Positions 50,483 through 62,750 of a stretch of 64,000 nt of DNA are shown one piece after another. Location: contig CM120640.1 in the NCBI GenBank assembly GCA_051362555.1, forward strand, positions 16,740,001-16,804,000, read 5' to 3'. Source of the DNA: Lingula anatina (taxonomy: Eukaryota > Animalia > Brachiopoda). Positions within the stretch are counted from its first letter, which is position 1. The number at the start of each line of letters is the position of its first letter. A program made the position numbers and the translations under genes. The notes under the pieces are model-generated. The model was not told the origin of the DNA and did not search any database. It saw only the letters and a program-made list of their open reading frames with translations.

Positions 50483-53400
50483 TTAAAAGCCATATGACCC
50501 TGTTCTGTCATCTTTTCTCCAACTGTTTCTGCCTCCATCCTCTCCCTGTCCACCTTTCCTGTGATTTCCTGTCCCGGACTTACCAGCTGTCCCAGACATA
50601 CCAGCTGTCCCAGACTTGTTAAACAGAGCCAGTCTCACATTGGCAACATGTTCCGCAATCCTCTGGCTGGAGTCCGAGGAAGGCCTGCTGTTGGTGGCTT
50701 CTGAAGATCTTCCGTTGGACGATATATTGGAGCGTCTGGTGGAGGAGGACTGAGATTTGCTCAAATTTTTGGAATCGCGTGACCTAGTTGGACTGGGCGA
50801 GCGCTTGGTTGATGTGGTTGAACTACTACAAATTAAGAAAAAATGCTTAAAACAAGTTGAAAGGAGGATTTCTTAATGAAAATAACATAAACAAATCTAT
50901 TAAAAGGTCTACCAGCATTTGGGGCTTTTGTGAACCATGCCAAAAGAAACGGGCAAACTTGTAGGATTATTATTAAAATGTCATCTAGAACAACAACATG
51001 AAGGCCTCAGTGATAACAATATACTTCATTTAACCAATAAACCTGAACTCTAAAGTGCCTTACCTGCTGTGTTGGTCATGTATCAGCCCAATAGTCCTGT
51101 ATAAATCAACTGTAGATGGCGTCTTGAGACTTTCAGTTCTCTCAGGCAGTGGTGAGAAGACGGGGTTGGCTGGTGTCAGCTTGGCCATGTCAGGTACTAT
51201 AGAAAATTAAAGGTTCCGATAACTATCACCAATCTATTTTAATTTATCTCTGAGAATGTTTTCAAATGTCTAGTCTTCATACACAGGTGGCAGATGTTCC
51301 ATATACTCATTTTCTGAGGATAACAATATTTTTGGTAAGGTCAAAGGCTTATTTTCTTACCTGAGTAGGAATGGGAACCCAATACTGAAACACTTTTGTC
51401 CATGGAGCCAAATGGAGTCATGCTCATGAACTGGTCCCTCAGTTGCCTGGCTTTCTCTTCTTCAAAGGCTCTTTTCTAAAGTGAAGGTGAAACTAGTTTT
51501 AAAGTAAGCCAATTCAAATTCTGAAGGCACAAATATGCAATATCAAGATAATCGATTCATACCATATCTGGGAAAAACAAATCCCATAAGAAACTTTACT
51601 ATAAATTGCCAATTGCTTCTGGCTTTCTGGTAATGAGAGCTTTTTTATACTCTTAAGGAAGGATAACTAGTTTTACTATGAACTTATTAACTACCTCTCT
51701 CCCCAGTCTGATTGCAGCTTCAGTGAAGTTTTTCCTTTCTTCCTCAAAATGCTTTTTCTGTTGGTTGAACAGCTTCTTCTCTGCAGTCAGAGCTTCACGT
51801 TCTTCGAGCAGACAGGGGTCTTGGAAGGCAGAATCATTGTCAGTATTCTGCATTGATTGCTGGAATATATTTGTTTATTGTTCATAAATAATCTGAATGC
51901 TAATTGCCCTTAATACTGGCTGACTCAGGACAGCAAGAAAAAAAAGGAGGGTAGCATAATATCATTTTTGTAAATAAATTTAAGTAAAAACTTTACTAAG
52001 GCTCCGGAAGAGTGGCATTTCTCCCATTCTGAGACAAGATGGCTATTGAACCTGCTGTTTTATTTTGTTTTGGAAGACAGTAGGCCTAATCCACTGACCC
52101 CACTCCAATACACATCTTTATTAAATAACCAATGACACAGTCTACCAAGATATGCAAGAGAATGAATTATGTTATTCCCTCACACTGTCTGCTATAACAC
52201 ACATAACTTTACCTGAATAAGTTGTTCTTGTTGTTTGATAACCTCTTGATACTCAAGGATCTGCTGTTGTAGCTTCTCCACTTCTTGATTGCTCTTTTCA
52301 CTTTCAGAACTCAGTCTTCTGTCAGCTGAAATGAGGGAATAATGCATTATCATCAGGTAAAAAAGAGCACATAATAATAATACATAAACTGAAGCAAATT
52401 TCAAACTTCAAGACTTTCATGATGTACACACATCAGGGTACTGGAAAATCATGTTAAATAATGTTTGGTAATTCAAAAGTATCAAAATCACAATATAAAA
52501 ATTTTGAGGGTTCTTTCCAGGCCCACTCTGTACATTTTGGTTGTAGATTCTTAAAGATTCCTGAATTAATGAAAAGTAAATTTAAAAAGAAAATAACTCT
52601 TTAAAAATCCATGGGTACAAGTTCTGGCTTGCAATTTTTCATCACATTTACACAATATAAAAAATATCAAAATGAAGAATAAAAATCCTAAAATCAGGCA
52701 TAATCCTGAACTTTCACCCATAAATATCAATCTCTGTATAAAAAAACTCTTATGTCCCTTACTCTGTTCTTTTTCCAGGTCTCTTACTCTCTGCTTTAGC
52801 TGTGTCCACTTGTCTTTTAAACTTTTCTCAATCTCATCTCTCACCATTTCATAGGGCATTTGAAAGTAGCCTAAAATGAATAAATTGAGATCTTTTCAAA
52901 ACAAATTCTTTCATGTTGTCATTCTTTTAAAAAAAATATTTTTTAAAATAATTTGTTTTCAAACAAATTTATAATACAGACTACCAACCATCAGAAAACT
53001 CTGATGTAGTGCCAACTGATGCTTTGTCATCTTCACTATCTTCCAAAGAGTCTTCATGGTGTATCTAGAATTAAAAAAAGACATCCAAGAATTATAAAAC
53101 AAAAATGCATTATCACATTATGTTTTTCTTGAAAGAACTCATATTTAAGTACCAAATGGAATTCATACCAGGCTGTCATAACAGTATATATACAATTTAA
53201 TATTTGACTTGCATATAGAATAAAATATAAATTTCCAACATAAATCTTTCTTTGGAAATACACTGCGACAAAAATGCAGAAGGACAGCTTAATGTGTAGG
53301 AACTAATAGGAGACAAGATCTAAACTAGAGGATCAGAGAGGTGATACCACCTCTGGATATTGTACCACCAGCTGGAGTAAGCTCATTCATATGGAAAACC

Positions 53401-56400
53401 GAACCAGTCTTGTGTTTGACCACTACCAGTCTTGTGCTTGACAAGCTCCATAAAATGCAATAAACAAGAATTCTCAAAATATAAAAAAAAAAAATAAAAA
53501 AAAAAAGAAAAAAAGAAAAAAAAACATAACTGTATAAATGGTCCTATCAATTTTCGAATTGACCTGTATTTTCCTCACATTGATCACTCCTGTGATTTTC
53601 TAGACTCGAAATGCATATTTGCTGATAAAAAAGAAAACCAAGGGGCAACACTGGGCATATCTCTGCTATTTTTGAAGATATGAGGCGCAAGAAAATATGC
53701 AGTTTAGTTCATGGTGAAAAAGAAGGACAAAGGTCAATTTCAAAGTCACAGTATAAGACTTCCTATTCGAGTTCAATAGTAACTATGGGCATTTCTTTGC
53801 CAATTTTGGAGATATAAAGGCCAGAAAACATGCAAAATACAGTTCATCATAAAAAGTAAGTCAAAGGTCAATTTCAAGGCCACAGTTAGATTGCCAGTAT
53901 ATGCTTTCCTATTTAAGTTCAATAGCAACTAAGAGCCTACCTCTGTCAGTTTTCTGAGATATAAGGGTGACAAAATTTGCAAGGTTCAATTCATGGTGAA
54001 AAGTAGGTCAAAGGTCAATTTCAAGGTCACAGTAAGATTGCCAGTATATGACTTCCTACTCAAGTTCAACAGTTACTATGGGCGTATATCTGATAGTTTT
54101 AGAGATATAAGGACTGGAAAATTTGCAAAGTTTAGTTCATGGTGAAAATTAGGTCAAAGGTCAATTTCAGGATCACAGTAAATTGCCAGTATATGACTTC
54201 CTATTCAAGTTCAATAGTACCTATGGGCGAATCTTTGCCAGTTTTGGAGATATAAAGATCAGAAAACTTGCAAAGTGCAGTTCATGGTGAAAAGTAGGTC
54301 AAAGGTCAATTTCAAGATCACAGTCAGATTACCAGTATACGACTTCCTATTCAAGTTCAATAGTAACTATGTGCGTATCTCAGCTAATTTTGGAATATTT
54401 CACATTTTATTTTCACCACTGAATATTGAATACTGAACTTATTGATATATAATGCAACGCCTAAGCCGAATCCAAAAAGGAAAAATGGACACCACCTTCT
54501 GTGTTGCACTTAATGAGCTCTACAAAAGGCAAAAAACAAGCGGTCTCTAGCATTAACGGTTCCAGAATTAGAGAAAGTTTTCAGTTTTGGCTGCTACTCC
54601 CATGAAAATGCACCGATTGACACCAAACTCAAAAAGATGAAAGATGACCCAAAGGGTAACAACTACCCATAATATTAAAGGTAAGATCTGTGTAGTTTCT
54701 GAAAATCAGCAGAAATAAAAAAAAAATTTTCGCAAAAAATTAAGATTTTTAGAAAATTTTGGCCCGTTTGACCTTGAAATAAAGGTCAAAGGTCAAATCC
54801 AAGGGCATATTTGGAATCTTCACATATGACTTTCAGTCACACTTCTATAGTAATTTTTCCCATAATTCCTTCGATTTGGGAGATATTTGGCATTGAATTT
54901 TCAAAAATTTTGACAAGGGTGTGTTTCAACGAGCGTCATGCCCAGGCCAATGCACTGACTGAGACAAAAAGAACAGGGGGTTCAAGTTGAGATTATATGT
55001 GACCTAAATCCAAGAGATGGGAACATGGGTCCTTGCAGTCTAGGAGGAGAAGCGGTAACGGTGACTTGTATCCGGCGCCAGCACGCGGAGCTGGCGGAGC
55101 TGCAGGAGCCGTACGAGACGGGTCGGGACTAAAACCATGAGTACCGCCAGCGTACACGCTGGCGGTACTAATTAATTGTCTGTGAATGACAATGATATCC
55201 ATATCAATCTAACCATTTTTCCTATATCATTTTTTTTTCAGTCTTATCTATAACCATTTCGTGGGGCATTCATAGATAATAATAATAATAATAAAAGAAA
55301 TTAAGAATTGAGCACTTAAACAAGTGGATTAAATTCAGAGGAATGTATACCTGATCTTTCCTGGGAGATGGCTGTCCATTGAGCAGGCCTACCAGTTCTT
55401 TTTGCATGTCATTCAAGCACTGCCGTAACTGACCATTTTCTACCAGTAGTTCTCTCTGTTTGTCTTCATAGTTAGCCACTATAAGTCTGTACATGTCTTC
55501 TTCGTGTCTGGAACAGGTCATCAAATATCTGATTAATCAACATTTTCCCATAATGTAATATTACTGATTAATAAATATCCTTCTTGTGGCATAGTAAATC
55601 AAAAATATATTTTGAACAAAAATCATTAAAATCATTTCTTTAAAAGAATATTCAAAAATCATCAAAATCATTTCTTTAAAAGAATATTCACAACTGTAAA
55701 GCAACAGTTACTGTTGCTTTACAGTTGTGAATATTCTTTTAAAGAAATTTAAAAATGGTAAAAATGGGATCAGAAAAACAAAAATTCTCATTTGCATACT
55801 TGTTGTTGCTGGTTTTGGTTTTCCATGTACTTCTTTTGCCATCAGCTCTTTGGAGTGAGTTCAAAATTTCCATTCCTGCAATTTATTTAACAGGTACAAC
55901 AAAAGTAAAAAATTATATATTCAACATATTTAAAGGTTTTATGTAAAGTAAACATCTTTTTGACATTAGTGTCCATTCTTCCTAAAACTAATGATTTATG
56001 AAAAGATGCAATTGTAAACCATTCCATAAAAGCAATTACAATAACCCTTGAGAATTGTTAAATCACTGATGACTTGCCATACTTTTCCTGGTTAAACATT
56101 TTACCTATTCTTCTCTCCTGGCTTCTGTCGGTGAGAAGCTGGTTCAGTCTGTCTTTCAGTCTGTTAAGTTCCCTTTCTTTCTTCTTCACTTCATGTTTGT
56201 ATTGCACATCTTTATGACTTAACGCAGACTGCAGTTTTTTAACCTATATGGAACAAATAGAGCATAGTAACATGTTGATGATTACATTTACAACTAATAC
56301 ATAGAAGTAACAAATATCTTATTAAATGTTAATGTTTAACTGATGAATTATAATCAAAGGAATTGGATTCAGCAAATGTTACAAACAACTTATACAATAT

Positions 56401-59400
56401 TTTTGTAATTACCCCACTTGTTAGATATCAAAATAAATAAATAAATAATGAGATGACTAAATAAAATGAAATATAAATAAAAACAAGGCAGCAAAGCTGT
56501 CAAATGTACAGACAAAAAGCAGGAAATTACTATGCACAAAATAGGCTACTGTCAATTCTGATGCAAAAGTACATTATGTTAAACTGTAAATTCAACATCA
56601 AATTTTAATTATGCTCAACAGGTAATACCAATGAAAGTAAAATGTGTAACAAGCATAAGGCTTCAGGCCCATGAGAGTTCAAGTTCACACTTTGAAAATG
56701 TATAACTTCCAGAATAAGAAGCCAATTAGACTGCTTTTCCAACTCAGGCTGCATGCCGATTTTCGAACTTGACCTCCATTTTAGTAAGATGGATTACTCC
56801 TTAGAGTTTCACGACAACAGGCCTATTGGTTTTCCTTGAAATGTGTTTACAGTGTTGCATATATGTTGAAAAGTGAAAGAAAAAAGCATAACTTCTACAA
56901 TAATGGCCCAATCATGCTGATTTTCGAACTTGACCTGCGTTTTATGAATATTCATCAGCTCTTTAAATATAAAGCCCAAAAGTAAAACTGCCTTCCACTT
57001 ATCGTGTTTACAATGAAAGTGCAAGGTGCCGGCAACGGCGATGACGGCGACGACAGACGCAGGTGATGGCAATATGTACAGACACATCTGTACATATTTA
57101 CTGTACTGTTTGAGAACAGTAAGTGACATGGTTTTTCTCAAATGGTCATCATGGGAGCAGTGCTCAAAATAGGTTTTTTTCAAATTTTGATGCAATATTA
57201 CATAATGTTTAACAACATAATGACCATCAATTTTTAAGAATAAAATATTAGTATCATGGATATTCAGAAAATGTGACTAGCAAAGGTCTTCAGGCCCATG
57301 GAACTTCAAAGCCACAACTTGAAAATGCCAAAATGTAAACAAGACAGCACTTTTCTGAAATGGGTTTATTTCCATTTTTAACACTTTTTTAACATAAAAC
57401 AAAATTAACAGTTTACTGCCATTTTTATATGACCAACTAAGAAAATTGATGAGATGGGAAAAATATCAATAGAATAGTGTTAAATGTCCAATTTCTTCCA
57501 TTCTGAGATTCTGAACATAGTGAATGATTCAATCTGACAAACTGCAATGATATGAGTTTATTTCCATTTTTGAAACTTTATTACACAATACACAATAACA
57601 AGTTTAACATCATTTTTACAAAATCAACTAACAATGTTGTAAAGATGCAGGAAATGTCAAAAAAACACTTTTACATATCTTATTAATTAAATAATGAAAC
57701 TGTTAACATGCCTAAGAATTGAATCTAAGGAAATGTAAAAAACAGCATAACTTCTAAATTAATGGCCTGATTATGCTGATTTTTGAACTTAACCTGCGTT
57801 TTAGCAGGATTGACCACTCCTGTGAGTTTAATGACAATTGGCCTATCTGTTTTTCTTATATTGTGTTTACAGTGTTGCATATATGCTGAAAAAAGAAAAA
57901 AAAGCATAACTACTAAAATAGTGGCCCGATCATGCCAATTTTTGAACTTGACCTGCGTTTTAGTAAGATCAATTTTTCCTGTGAGTTTCATGACAACAGG
58001 CCTATCGGTTTTTGTTGAAATGTGTTTACAGTGTTGCATATATGCTGAAAAGTGAAAAAACAGCATAACTTCTACAATAATGGCCCGATCATGCTGATTT
58101 TCGAACTTGACCTGCATTTTATGAATATTCATCAGCTCTGTAAATATAAAGCCAAAAAGTAAAACTGCCTTCCACTTATCGTGTTTACAAGGAAAGTGCA
58201 CGGCAACGACGGCGACGGCGACGACAGACGCAGGTGATGGCAATATGTACAGACACATCTATATATATTTACTGTACTGTTTGAGAACAGTAAGTGACAT
58301 GATTTCCCTTAAATGGTCATCATAGGAGCAGTGCCCAAAATAGGTTTTTTTCAAATTTTGATGCAATATTACATAATGTTTAACAGCATGATGACCATCA
58401 ATTTTTAATAATAAAATATTAGTATCATGGATATTCAGAAAATGTGACTAGCAAAGGTCTTCAGGCCCATGGAACTTCAAAGTCACAACTTGAAAATGCC
58501 AAAATGTAAACAAGACAGCACTATTCTGAAATGTTTTTTTTTCCATTTTCAACATTTTTTAACATAAAACAAAATTAACAGTTTACTGCCATTTTTATAT
58601 GATCAACTAAGAAAATTGATGAGATGGGAAAAATATCAACAGAGCAGTGTTAAATGTCCAATTTCTTCCCTTCTGAGATTCTGAACATAGTGAATGATTG
58701 AATCTGACAAACTGCAATGATATGAGTTTATTTCCATTTTTGAAACTTTATTACACAATACATGATAACAAGTTTACCATCATTTTTACAAAATCAACTA
58801 ACAATATTGTAAAGATGCAGGAAATGTCAAACAAACACTTTTACGTATCTTATTAGTTTAATAATGAGACTGTTAACATGCCTAAGAATTGAATTTGAGG
58901 AAATGTGAAAAATATGCTGAAAAGTGAAAAAACAGCATAACTTCTACAATAATGGCCCGATCATGCTGATTTTCGAACTTGACCTGCGTTTTATGAATAT
59001 TCATCAGCTCTGTAAATATAAAGCCAAAAAGTAAAACTGCCCTCCACTTATCGTGTTTACAAGGAAAGTGCACGGCGCCGGCATCGCCATCGCCATCGCC
59101 ATCGGCATCGCCATCGGCATCGCCATCGGCGACGACAGACGCAGGTGATGGCAATATGTACAGACACATCTGTGTCTGTACATAAAAACTCCCAGTTTAT
59201 CTACTCACCTCTTCCTTCTCTGCTTTCACCTTCTTGCTAAGCACCTTATTTTTACTGACTAGCTGTCTCTCCCTCTCCTGGGACTGGGAGATCTCCCTCT
59301 CATACTGCTCCAGGGAGTCCTTCAGTCTGTTCTGGGTGGACTGGAGGTGGGACAGGTCACTCTCTGACCTCTGTTGTCTGGAAAAAAAAAGAAAACACAA

Positions 59401-62400
59401 AAAACATAACTTATTGATTGTTATTCAGAAATGTGTCAGTGCTGTGTTGATGAGATTCAGATTTTTAGATTGCTGATGCATAATCATTCAAGGTTTTTTA
59501 TATTTCTTTCAAGTGACATGATATCATAATCTTCTGTTTTAGAGACAAGTGGATTGACACATTACCCCAGGTGATGAGGATTTCTTTGCAAACAACATAT
59601 TCAAACTGTCAGACAGACTGCTATTTACACAAACATATGTGTACAAATGCAGGAATTTAGTATTTAAGATTTCTATCAAAACCCATTCTTTTATAGCATA
59701 TTTTAAATAATCATATTTAATTTAAATATACATTGTTTTAGAAATATTTAACCATTCTGTCATATGTAAAGAGTTCCCATTCAGAAATTTAAAAAAATGT
59801 TTTACCTGTCCTCTAACTGTTCTTTCACTCTCAAACTCTTCTGCTGCAGTTGCAACAGTTCATATGTGTTGTTCACCAGTCTTACAATATCAAACGTGTC
59901 AGAGGTTTCATGGTATAAGGAAGGGAAACCGAGAGTTGTCAGCTCCTGAAGAATATAGGAAAAGTTACCTAGACTACACAAAGTACTGTTTATAGACACA
60001 TGGAATTCTGTCTAGTTTTGATTGAGTTTTACCCTCATTTTAGCCTACTTTTATGGACTAGGTTTAAACTAGGTTTATGTGAAATTCTTTCACTTGAGAT
60101 AATGGATGAAATATCTACAAAAAAAAAAATAGAATAAAATAAAAATAAATAAATAAATAAATAAATAATGAAAAAAAAATAAATAAAATTAAGCAATTTG
60201 GCTTTGAATCATATTTTGATTTCAGAAAATGAAAAAAAGAATTGGGGCAATGAGGTAATAAGCTAAGGAAACGTGAAGCAAAAATGAAATGGACGTTCTA
60301 CTTCATCAAAGATAGTGGACAACAAACATTAACGTGTATAGATACAACCACACTAGAATCTTTTTCTTTAGTTTTCCTTTATGCCCTGGTTTAAACCTAC
60401 TTTACTCTGTAAATTCTTTAATATAGAACATCAAAAAATATTTATTTTGCTTTACTTATAAAAAAAACTAACAAATGACCCCTTTTATCACTTAAATGAG
60501 AAAATTTTGCTTTACTTCTATTGACCTGAACTCCCAGGGGCATTCTCACAATAACAGCACAGTTCTAAATTCAATAGTTTAAGACCCAGGGAGGCCTCTC
60601 AAGTTTCAAAACTTCTTTTCTTATTTAAATGTTGGTTTATCGTGCTCTTCTACAATTTACCCCAAGTTAAAAATAATCATTCTGTCATTGTGTGATTTGT
60701 GGACTAGATCTTGTCCTCCTTTTTTGTATATTTTGGGGTTACCATGACAACACCACATACAAATGAACTACAGTGGGCCAGCTTAAATGGAATGCTGCAC
60801 ATTAAGTGTAACACTTTACCAATAAAACAAAGCTTGTAACCAAAACTACAGCAAAGACTTTTTTTGAGTATCAAGCTGAATGAATGAGTGCCTTTGAACT
60901 TACTCTAATACCCCGTTCACACTACAGTTGCAAAAATGCGCATTTCTATAATCCGAATTTTTCGTGAGGAATTCGATTCGGTATTGCGTTCACACACGCT
61001 AAGCGAAACCGAATTACACGTTGAAATTTTCAGGTTTAACTTCCTGTTTTGAACACTCGCGCATGCGCCGCACAGGAAATCTTAAAATACCAACAAAAAT
61101 TTGTGACGACAAATGCAACTCTAAAGACATTCCAGCATTCTTGAGAAGTATAAGATGGCAAAATAAGTTTATTTCCTCATGTTGTAGTGAGTGTTGACCT
61201 CCAAATACGTTTGGTGCAATCGCTAAAGTAATAAACAAGCGTTCATAGATACTCGCACTTATCTGCACATATGCGCAGTTAGATCTGTACAGGTGTCGAT
61301 TCCGGTAAGTTATCCGGATCGCGCTTAGAAATCCACCTCGCTTGCAGGATTTTGAAAATGCGCATTACAAAAATCCTCTTGCGTTCACACTACTGCATTT
61401 ATTCGAATTGTGACCTAATTCGCAATTTATCCGGATAACTGAGCGTAGTGTGAACGGGGTATCAATCTAGAATGTTCCTAGACATGTCTTAACAACAAAA
61501 CCATAAATTATTGATAATGCTGACATAAAAACAGAACATAACAAAAAGAGTTAACGTGAAGTCCAAAAACTAAATTCTCAAAACCACAGCAAAACTGTGA
61601 TAAAACAGCAAGTAACATTCATTATGTAGATCGGCATTCACTTATGTTATTCAAACCTTATCATAAGACTCAAGGACAAGGGTACATGTATCATTTGCTG
61701 AAAGCATTCACTTTCAGGCTCAGTCAAGACCTTATCACCACAGCTTTGGGAAGACCAAAAAACTCACTGCAGCATGCATGCAGCTCATTGCTTTTACCCC
61801 ATAAAATGTAATAGCAAATAAACATGTTTACCCAGGTATAAAAAATTGTCATTTGATATGGACATTAATTTTTGCTTTATATCTCAGAGACTATCACTTT
61901 TCTATCACAAGCATATCCAATAACCACAAAACACAATCAATGAAAATTTAGCTTAGTCAATTGCAATTTTATGATTCCTGCACATAAAGAACTATGTTGA
62001 CCAAATATGTTGCAACATGAGATGCATGCTAGTGGGTGGACATAGCTCTATTTGGGAGAGAGAATAGTTTTCCTAGGTCAAAATAAGTCAGGTGTAAATT
62101 TGTAAGAGAGATTTATCTTACTTAGCTTGATTTATCTACTGTAGCTTGATTATCTATAAACTCTGTTATAAAAGAATCATTATTTGGATATTATTTAGAA
62201 ATTGCTCAAAATGTAAAGCAATGTTAGTCTTTAAAGCATACAGTCCTCATATGAAAATACCCGAGGTCTTAGACTACATTAAAATGAAATCAAGTTTTTC
62301 CCATGTTATAAAGAAAAACTGATAAAATTATTTTAAATAAACAGATAAACTGTTTCAGTATCTCCCCCTATTTCAATATACATTGCTCTTTAGGTCACAA

Positions 62401-62750
62401 ACTATATCCAAAACCAGCTCAACACTTACCTGATTCAGGTACGAAATGCAGTCGTCCACATTATCTCTGTCACAAAACACCACATTTCCACTAGTGCTAA
62501 ACCTCTGTGGTAGAGTCAAAAAAGGATCAACCTTATCCCCTCTGCCATTAAAAAATGCTGGACCAGTTGAAACAGCTCCATTTTTCAAAGCTCCAGACTT
62601 GGCATGTATGCCTATTTGTAATGGGATATCAGGGGACGATTGGTGGCCATTCATTAGATGTGCTGGAGTTCTTGACTTGCTGGCATACAGGGCAAGGAAA
62701 TCCTGAGTCCCTGGGCTCGCCTGTCTACCCAGAGAAGTCCAGTCTGCCAT
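50483..62750 (-). CDS. SSX2IP: Afadin- and alpha-actinin-binding protein (SSX2IP/ADIP/Msd1), 13 coding exons
   Basis: Exons on the - strand: 62750-62430, 59945-59806, 59377-59209, 56243-56105, 55875-55800, 55507-55351, 53064-52989, 52870-52763, 52325-52213, 51859-51695, 51475-51361, 51196-51064, 50825-50483 (TAA). Recognisable motifs: FCDRDNVDDCISYLNQELTTLGFPSL, QYKHEVKKKERELNRLKDRL, MEILNSLQRADGKRSTWKT, EEDMYRLIVANYE, FEEERKNFTEAAIRLGRE. Mostly coiled-coil. Confidence 0.93.
53322..55172 (+). mobile_element. Non-autonomous Helentron-like element (family A, copy 2) in SSX2IP intron 6
   Basis: Same 5' end (aaactagaggatcagagagg...attgtaccaccagc) and 3' hairpin (gtaccgccagcgt-ac-acgctggcggtac) as 42151-44153. 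It has about 5 more diverged ~146-bp units at about 53650-54395. Confidence 0.85.
55670..55748. repeat. Perfect palindrome, 39-bp arms, 1-nt spacer
   Basis: atttctttaaaagaatattcacaactgtaaagcaacagt-t-actgttgctttacagttgtgaatattcttttaaagaaat. It is preceded by a local direct duplication (55628-55654 = 55664-55690). Confidence 0.95.
56481..59187 (+). mobile_element. Helentron-like element (family B), partial head-to-tail concatemer, in SSX2IP intron 3
   Basis: Starts aaacaagg, with subterminal atgtacagaca (56504) matching the final hairpin atgtacagacac-atct-gtgtctgtacat (~59156-59183). The 3' module (ACGGCG/ATCGCC microsatellite plus acagacgcaggtgatggcaatatgtacagacac) occurs three times (57053, 58224, 59135). 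There are internal 159-bp units (57744, 57903, 58062). Confidence 0.8.
60909..61461. mobile_element. ~553-bp MITE (copy 2, inverted relative to 37154-37709) in SSX2IP intron 1
   Basis: TIR taccccgttcacacta...tagtgtgaacggggta. The interior is the reverse complement of 37154-37709 with scattered substitutions. Confidence 0.9.

Noticed and set aside
52025-52110. Possible tRNA or tRNA-derived SINE head on the - strand
   Set aside because: A/B-box similarity is weak and no cloverleaf forms. It is at best a very decayed remnant.
56809-59169. Three similar ORFs (128, 177 and 95 aa; MCLYILPSPASVVA...)
   Set aside because: They are readings of the repeated non-autonomous element inside an SSX2IP intron, with no domain and inconsistent frames.
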